This document shows, piece by piece, positions 59,178 through 64,000 of a stretch of DNA of 64,000 nucleotides. Numbering within the stretch: position 1 is the stretch's first letter; every line of letters begins with the position of its first letter. The position numbers and the translations under genes are program-made. The notes below the pieces were generated by a model. It searched no databases, had not been told where the DNA came from, and saw nothing but the letters and a program-made list of their open reading frames with translations. The stretch is from NCBI GenBank assembly GCA_963779415.1, contig CAVZYA010000001.1, positions 224,001 through 288,000 on the forward strand. The letters run 5' to 3'. The stretch comes from an uncultured Acidobacteriota bacterium. GTDB taxonomy: Bacteria; Acidobacteriota; Thermoanaerobaculia; UBA5066.

Positions 59178-61721
59178 CTAAAGCAATGCGTGGCGCCGGT
59201 AGAACCACGTCTTGACGACCTGTACGACCAGGAGGTACGTCAGAGCCAGACCCGCGATCGCGGCCAGCAACGAGAAGGGCAGAGGAACGAACCGAAGCAG
59301 GGTCCCGAGCGGCGTGTAGGGCAAGACCCCGGCAATCGCCACGACGGCCAGCACGCTGATCAGGAGGGATCGGCTGGGACGGCTCTTGAGCGGGTTGCCG
59401 GCCGTCCGGATCACGAACACGACCAGCGTCTGCGTCGCAAGGGATTCCACGAACCATCCCGTGCGGAACAGCGACGCATTGGTGGAGGCGTGAAACGTCC
59501 AGAGCAGGATCCCGAACGTGAGGAAGTCGTAGATCGAGCTGATCGGCCCGATGATCGTCATGAAGCGGAGAATGAACCCGATCTGCCATCGCTTGGGCCG
59601 GCGCAGAAGGGCCGCATCGACGTTGTCGCCGGGAATGCTGATCTGGGAGCTGTCATAGAGGAAGTTGTTCAGGAGGATCTGGGTCGGCAGCATCGGCAGG
59701 AAGGGGAGGAAGAGCGAGGCCGCCGCCATGCTGAACATGTTGCCGAAGTTCGAGCTCGTCCCCATGATGATGTACTTCATGATGTTGGCGAAGCACCGGC
59801 GCCCCTCGACGACTCCGTCGTTCAGGACGCCGAGGTCTTTTTCCAGGAGGATGATCTTGGCCGCGTCTTTCGCCACCTCCACGCCATTCACCACCGATAT
59901 TCCGACATCTGCCGTGTGCAGGGACGGAGCGTCGTTGATGCCGTCACCCAGATACCCGACCACGTGTCCACGGGCCTTGAGAGCCAGGATGACCCGGTTC
60001 TTCTGCTCGGGAGAGACGCGGGCGAAGATGGCGCCGTGCTCGGCCTGGAAGGCCAGGGCGGCGTCGTCCATGGCGTCGACGTCGTTTCCGGCGACGATGC
60101 GGTCGACCGAAAGTCCGACGTCATGGGCGACCTTCCGGGTCACGTACTCGTTGTCGCCGGTCATGATCACCACCGAGACGCCGTTCTTCTTCAGCGCCTC
60201 GAGCACGGGGATGATTCCCTCTTTGGGCGGGTCCAGGAAGGCCGCGAAGCCGACCAGCGTCATGCCGCGCTCGGCCGCTATCGTGTAGGCATCCTGCTTG
60301 CCCACCTTCAGCACGGCGACCCCGAGAGTGCGGTAACCGTCGGCGCTCAGCTTCTGGAAGGTCGCCGCCGCCTGGGCTCGGCGTGCGGCATCGAACGGCT
60401 GGGGCGAGCCGTCGACGTTCACGGTCTGGCAGACGGAGAAGACGCTCTCGACTTCGCCCTTCGTGATGAGAAGGTGCTCATCGCCATGCTGCACCACCAC
60501 AGAGAGGCGCTTGCGGGTGAAGTCGAAGGGGATCTCGTCCACCTTCTCGTAGGCCCCGAGGGACGGTGGCTCGTGTTTGAGGATCGCGGCGTCCAGGGGG
60601 TTTTTGATGCCGGCCTCGAAGTGACTGTTCAGGTAGATGAGCTGGAGCACACCCTCGTCGTCCGCGCCCTGGACGTTGACGTGGCGGTCGAGAGCGATCT
60701 CGCCTTCCGTGAGTGTCCCCGTCTTGTCGCTGCAGAGAATTTCGATGCTGCCGAAGTCCTCGATCGCCGCCAGCTGCTTGACGAGAACTTTCTTCCCGGT
60801 CATCCGTCGCGCCCCCCGTGCCAGCGTGACCGTGATGATCATCGGCATCATCTCCGGCGTCATCCCGACGGCGAGAGCGACCGAGAAGAGGAACGACTCC
60901 AGGAACGGTCGATGAAGGACGATGTTGACCAAGAGCACGAAGAGGACGAGCAGCATCGTCACCCGCGTGATCATCAAACCGAAGTTGCGTATGCCGCGTC
61001 CGAACTCGGTCTCCGGCGGCCGCGCGGCCAGACGCTCGGCGATTGCGCCAAAGGCCGTATCTTTCCCCGTGCAGACGATGACCGCGCTGGCCATTCCGGT
61101 CTGAACGGCGGTGCCCATGAAGACGCTGTTCCTCGCATCGCCGATCGGGTGCTTTCCTGCCGGAAGATCGGAGGCGGACTTCTCGACCGGCAGCGACTCG
61201 CCGGTGAGCGCCGACTCCCGGACGTGCAGGTCCTTCGACTCCAGCAGGCGAGCGTCGGCCGGCACGAGGTCTCCGGCGTTCAGCCGGACGACGTCGCCGG
61301 GGACCAGCTCGGCGACCGGCAGCTCCAGCTCCCGTCCATCGCGCAGGACGGCGGCGGTCGTGGCGACCTGCTTCTGGATTGCCTCCACGGCATGGCGGGC
61401 CTGGAACTCCATGAAGAAGTTCAAAAGGACGCTGAGCAGGACCATCGCGATGATGATCAGTCCACCGACCCGGTCTTCCAGCGCGAGAGAAGCGGCGCTG
61501 GCCACCAGAAGAATGACGACGAGCGGATTAGTGAAGAAGCGGAAGAAGTTTATGAAGGGCGCGAAGCGGTGCTCCCGAATGAGGCTGTTGGGACCATGCA
61601 GACGAAGCCTTTTCTTCGCCTCGTCGGAAGTCAGGCCGGCGGCCGTGGCCTGCAGCGTTCCGAGCAACTCCCCCTGCGCCCGATCCCAGAACCCCACGAG
61701 CGGCGTCTCGCCTGGTTCCAT
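59178..61721 (-). CDS. mgtA: Magnesium-translocating P-type ATPase
   Basis: TGES, MTPEMMP, DKTGTLT, GDGINDAP, SSNFGNMFS, GWFVESL.TQ. Confidence 0.93.
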   Translation of the reverse strand: MEPGETPLVGFWDRAQGELLGTLQATAAGLTSDEAKKRLRLHGPNSLIREHRFAPFINFFRFFTNPLVVILLVASAASLALEDRVGGLIIIAMVLLSVLLNFFMEFQARHAVEAIQKQVATTAAVLRDGRELELPVAELVPGDVVRLNAGDLVPADARLLESKDLHVRESALTGESLPVEKSASDLPAGKHPIGDARNSVFMGTAVQTGMASAVIVCTGKDTAFGAIAERLAARPPETEFGRGIRNFGLMITRVTMLLVLFVLLVNIVLHRPFLESFLFSVALAVGMTPEMMPMIITVTLARGARRMTGKKVLVKQLAAIEDFGSIEILCSDKTGTLTEGEIALDRHVNVQGADDEGVLQLIYLNSHFEAGIKNPLDAAILKHEPPSLGAYEKVDEIPFDFTRKRLSVVVQHGDEHLLITKGEVESVFSVCQTVNVDGSPQPFDAARRAQAAATFQKLSADGYRTLGVAVLKVGKQDAYTIAAERGMTLVGFAAFLDPPKEGIIPVLEALKKNGVSVVIMTGDNEYVTRKVAHDVGLSVDRIVAGNDVDAMDDAALAFQAEHGAIFARVSPEQKNRVILALKARGHVVGYLGDGINDAPSLHTADVGISVVNGVEVAKDAAKIILLEKDLGVLNDGVVEGRRCFANIMKYIIMGTSSNFGNMFSMAAASLFLPFLPMLPTQILLNNFLYDSSQISIPGDNVDAALLRRPKRWQIGFILRFMTIIGPISSIYDFLTFGILLWTFHASTNASLFRTGWFVESLATQTLVVFVIRTAGNPLKSRPSRSLLISVLAVVAIAGVLPYTPLGTLLRFVPLPFSLLAAIAGLALTYLLVVQVVKTWFYRRHALL

Positions 61722-61799
61722 GCGTTCTCCCGTTTGTCGACGAAAGGTCTCTCTTCCTATATGGAAGCCCTCCAGAGCGTCGTCAGGCGGCCCCGCCGA

Positions 61800-61889
61800 T
61801 CACTTTGAGGGCTTTCTCCTTCGCGTCGTGATCGTGATGTTGAACGCCCAGAGCTTCTCGAGCTTCAGCTCGACGCCCTTTTCGTGAAC
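61800..61889 (-). pseudogene. Possible remnant of a zinc-dependent alcohol dehydrogenase C-terminal region
   Basis: VHEKGVELKLEKLWAFNITITTR resembles the VHG..V.L.LEKLW..NITITTRL motif; no start codon. Confidence 0.45.
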
Positions 61890-61895
61890 GCACGA

Positions 61896-62012
61896 CTATT
61901 TTCGGGACCGTCTATTGATCAGGACGACCAGCAAACCCACGACCAGCAAGCCGATCACCGGCCAAAGCCATATTCCTCCCCCCATTCCGAACCATCCGCC
62001 GCCGTGCATCAT
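61896..62012 (-). CDS. 38-aa membrane microprotein
   Basis: MMHGGGWFGMGGGIWLWPVIGLLVVGLLVVLINRRSRK; ATGA overlap with the YHS gene stop. Confidence 0.65.
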   Translation of the reverse strand: MMHGGGWFGMGGGIWLWPVIGLLVVGLLVVLINRRSRK

Positions 62013-62185
62013 GGCCGACTCTTTGGCCGGACGTCACCCTTGGCAGGCGGCGCGTATCGCCCGGGCTCCTTATCGAACTTCGTTTTGCACGCAGGGCAGC
62101 AGAACACGTAGGTTTGCCCTGCATGCGTGCTTTTGTTCGGGGACTTGTCGTCGATCGTCATGCCACAAACAGGATCCTTGGACAT
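62009..62185 (-). CDS. YHS-domain metal-binding protein
   Basis: KDPVCGM, YVFCCPACKTKFDKEPGRY; AAGGAGG RBS. Confidence 0.9.
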   Translation of the reverse strand: MSKDPVCGMTIDDKSPNKSTHAGQTYVFCCPACKTKFDKEPGRYAPPAKGDVRPKSRP

Positions 62186-62241
62186 CTCAAACGCCTCCTT
62201 CAATGCTGCGATGGGTGGCTTCAGGCACCGCGTAAGAACGG

Positions 62242-62283
62242 GCGGGACGGCGGAGTGTCCATTGAGACACTCCGCCATCCCGC
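62242..62283 (-). terminator. Strong hairpin after the Met-rich gene
   Basis: GCGGGACGGCGGAGTGTC-CATTGA-GACACTCCGCCATCCCGC. Confidence 0.55.
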
Positions 62284-62290
62284 GGGTTCG

Positions 62291-62818
62291 TCACATCCCC
62301 GGCTTCTTCTCCTCTGGCTTGGCTTCGGGAGCATTCCCCGTCTTCATCATCGGGCACTCCATCTCGCCCTTCGTTCCGTGCATAGTCATGTGATGCATCA
62401 TGTGCGTCATCATCGCGGGCTGCATTTCCATCATCATGGAAAGGAAAGCCTTGCGCTGGACAACGAGCTCATTGATGACGGCCGCCATCGGCTTCTCCAG
62501 GGCATCGACCTCTTTGGAGCTCTTGGCGGCGTTCATCACCGCCACCAGCTTGTCGAGTTCGGTGTCCATGGCCTTGAGCTTGTCCTGCATCTCCTGGTGT
62601 TTGGCCATCATGGCCTGACACTCCGCTTTCATGTCGGCGGCTTTTTTCGCAGAGGCGGCGCTAGCCTTGTGGTGACCGGTCATCGGGGACGCGTGAGTGG
62701 TCGGGGTGGCTGGAGGGGGTGCAGGAGGTGGCGTCTGGGCGGCGACGGTCACGGCGAGTGCGAGTGCGGTCGCGGCCAAGATGCCGGGAACGATGTTCCT
62801 GAGAGGATGCATTTTCAT
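62291..62818 (-). CDS. Met/His-rich exported helical protein (putative metal binding)
   Basis: Signal peptide; MMMEMQPAMMTHMMHHMTMHG..MECPMM. Confidence 0.75.
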   Translation of the reverse strand: MKMHPLRNIVPGILAATALALAVTVAAQTPPPAPPPATPTTHASPMTGHHKASAASAKKAADMKAECQAMMAKHQEMQDKLKAMDTELDKLVAVMNAAKSSKEVDALEKPMAAVINELVVQRKAFLSMMMEMQPAMMTHMMHHMTMHGTKGEMECPMMKTGNAPEAKPEEKKPGM

Positions 62819-62893
62819 GTCGTGTCTCCTTCTGGCGGTCCTTGACCGCGTGTTCGGACGCCCTTGCGTTGTCTGGCGCAGGTGGAGGTGCGG

Positions 62894-63112
62894 CTACCCC
62901 TTCGGGCGCATGAAGAGGAGAACGCCGCCGATTACGATCGCTCCGACGCCGGCCCATATCGGGACGTTGACGGTCTCTTTGTCCTTGATCGAAAGCTCGA
63001 GCGGCCCGATCTTGGTCTCGTGGGTCGACTTCGTGTAGGTAAAGCCGCCGTAGGCGAGCGCCAGGACTCCGGCGACGATCAGGACGAGGGCGACGGCCTT
63101 GAGCGTGTTCAT
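62894..63112 (-). CDS. Small membrane protein (DUF3185-like)
   Basis: LIVAGVLALAYGGFTYTK..H..KIGPLELS.K.KETVNVP.WAG. Confidence 0.75.
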   Translation of the reverse strand: MNTLKAVALVLIVAGVLALAYGGFTYTKSTHETKIGPLELSIKDKETVNVPIWAGVGAIVIGGVLLFMRPKG

Positions 63113-63160
63113 CCGGGTGCCTCCATCAGAAGAGTCTCGTGACAATCCCCCTTCCGACGG

Positions 63161-63176
63161 CGCAAGCCCTGTGCCA
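63161..63176 (-). promoter_or_regulatory. sigma54 promoter
   Basis: TGGCAC-AGGGC-TTGCG. Confidence 0.75.
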
Positions 63177-63385
63177 GCGAGACGCCCGCGGCGCCCCGGC
63201 GTCGCGTGGTCCGACTCTCGGCCGGTACTCCTGGGAGGCGAGCGGGGACGGCGCGCCCGGCGGTCTCGCTGTATCTCTTTCAAAGCGGGACGGAAGCGGT
63301 TGCAAACGAGGCGAGCCGAGCGTCATGTGAGGTCGAAGGTCCGCGATTGCCTCGCTGGCGATTGGCAGCAGCCCGAAAGACGTCG

Positions 63386-64000
63386 TCAGAATCCCAGAGA
63401 CAGTTCCAGGCCGTAGTATTCGACTCTATTGACGTAAAACTGGCCGTGCGGGTCGAATCCCTTGTACCACTCGGCCATGAGGCGCAGGCGTCGATGCCCG
63501 GGGTCTGGATGACCGAACTCGAGTCCCGCCTTGACGCTGGTCTCAAGGAGCCAGTCATGCTCCTCCAGGCTCTTCAAGTCCACCCCGACGAGCGGCCTGC
63601 CTTTCCACAGAAGTGCCTTGCCGCCGCGATACTCGATTCCCCCGTGGACGCTGGGTGCCTTGAGGTCGCTAGGCTCCTTGTGAATCAGGTATTCGCCCCC
63701 AACGTAGATTCGCCATCCGAGCCATTCGAGGGAATAGAGCAGCTCGAGGGACTCGAAGCTGAGGTTCACACGTTCCGGAGGATTGGCGCCCAGAAGAAGC
63801 TCATCTCCGAGGTGCGAGCTCTGATGGTAGATGCGGAATCGCAGAGAATTGGCGCCATGCCTATAGGTAACGGGGATGCCGATGGTGTAATCCGCGTTGA
63901 TGAGGTCGTAGGAAGGAGTGCTCAGGTTGAACTGGGCGAAGAGGGCCCCTTCGACGCTCAGCTGCAGGCCGTCTCCCTCACGGCTGCCAGCCAGCCTGTA
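63386..64000 (-). CDS. DUF1207-like outer-membrane protein (5' part outside window)
   Basis: LFAQFNL...YDLINADY..G, RIYHQSSHLGDE, Y.G..PHGQFY, terminal Phe. Confidence 0.75.
   Translation of the reverse strand, partial: YRLAGSREGDGLQLSVEGALFAQFNLSTPSYDLINADYTIGIPVTYRHGANSLRFRIYHQSSHLGDELLLGANPPERVNLSFESLELLYSLEWLGWRIYVGGEYLIHKEPSDLKAPSVHGGIEYRGGKALLWKGRPLVGVDLKSLEEHDWLLETSVKAGLEFGHPDPGHRRLRLMAEWYKGFDPHGQFYVNRVEYYGLELSLGF

Noticed and set aside
61722-61800. Mg2+ riboswitch or MgtL-like leader upstream of mgtA
   Set aside because: The region is short and I see no M-box features or Pro-rich leader ORF

Overview
High-GC bacterial chromosome segment. The gene content (Hanks kinase fused to a TolB-like propeller, BNR and HEAT secreted proteins) suggests Acidobacteriota, possibly Thermoanaerobaculia; this is inference. 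The first 24 kb is core genome: a nuo operon ordered A-E-F-G-H-J-K-L with no B/C/D/I, a glycosyltransferase/deacetylase/FabD/FabG/ACP/FabZ cluster, tRNA-Leu(CAG), rnr, der, merR and a selenocysteine formate dehydrogenase-N locus (fdhD-fdnGHI-fdhE). Many frameshifts at about 4.8-9.6 kb look like assembly errors. tRNA-Pro(GGG) at 23967 is followed by 200-bp tRNA-linked repeats, and further tRNA 3'-half copies at 31.2 and 40.0 kb delimit integrase-less accessory blocks. From 40 kb onward is a stress/envelope island (BON, lmo0937-like, DUF883, DUF6600, cyclic beta-glucan synthase-like GH94 protein, AI-2E, B12 radical SAM, mgtA, YHS) with eight sigma54 -24/-12 motifs and a candidate shared enhancer site. 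The most novel-looking signals are this sigma54 regulon, the tRNA-fragment elements with a co-varying antisense T-arm copy at fixed spacing, and an AT-rich motif family embedded in nuoG, fabD and rnr.
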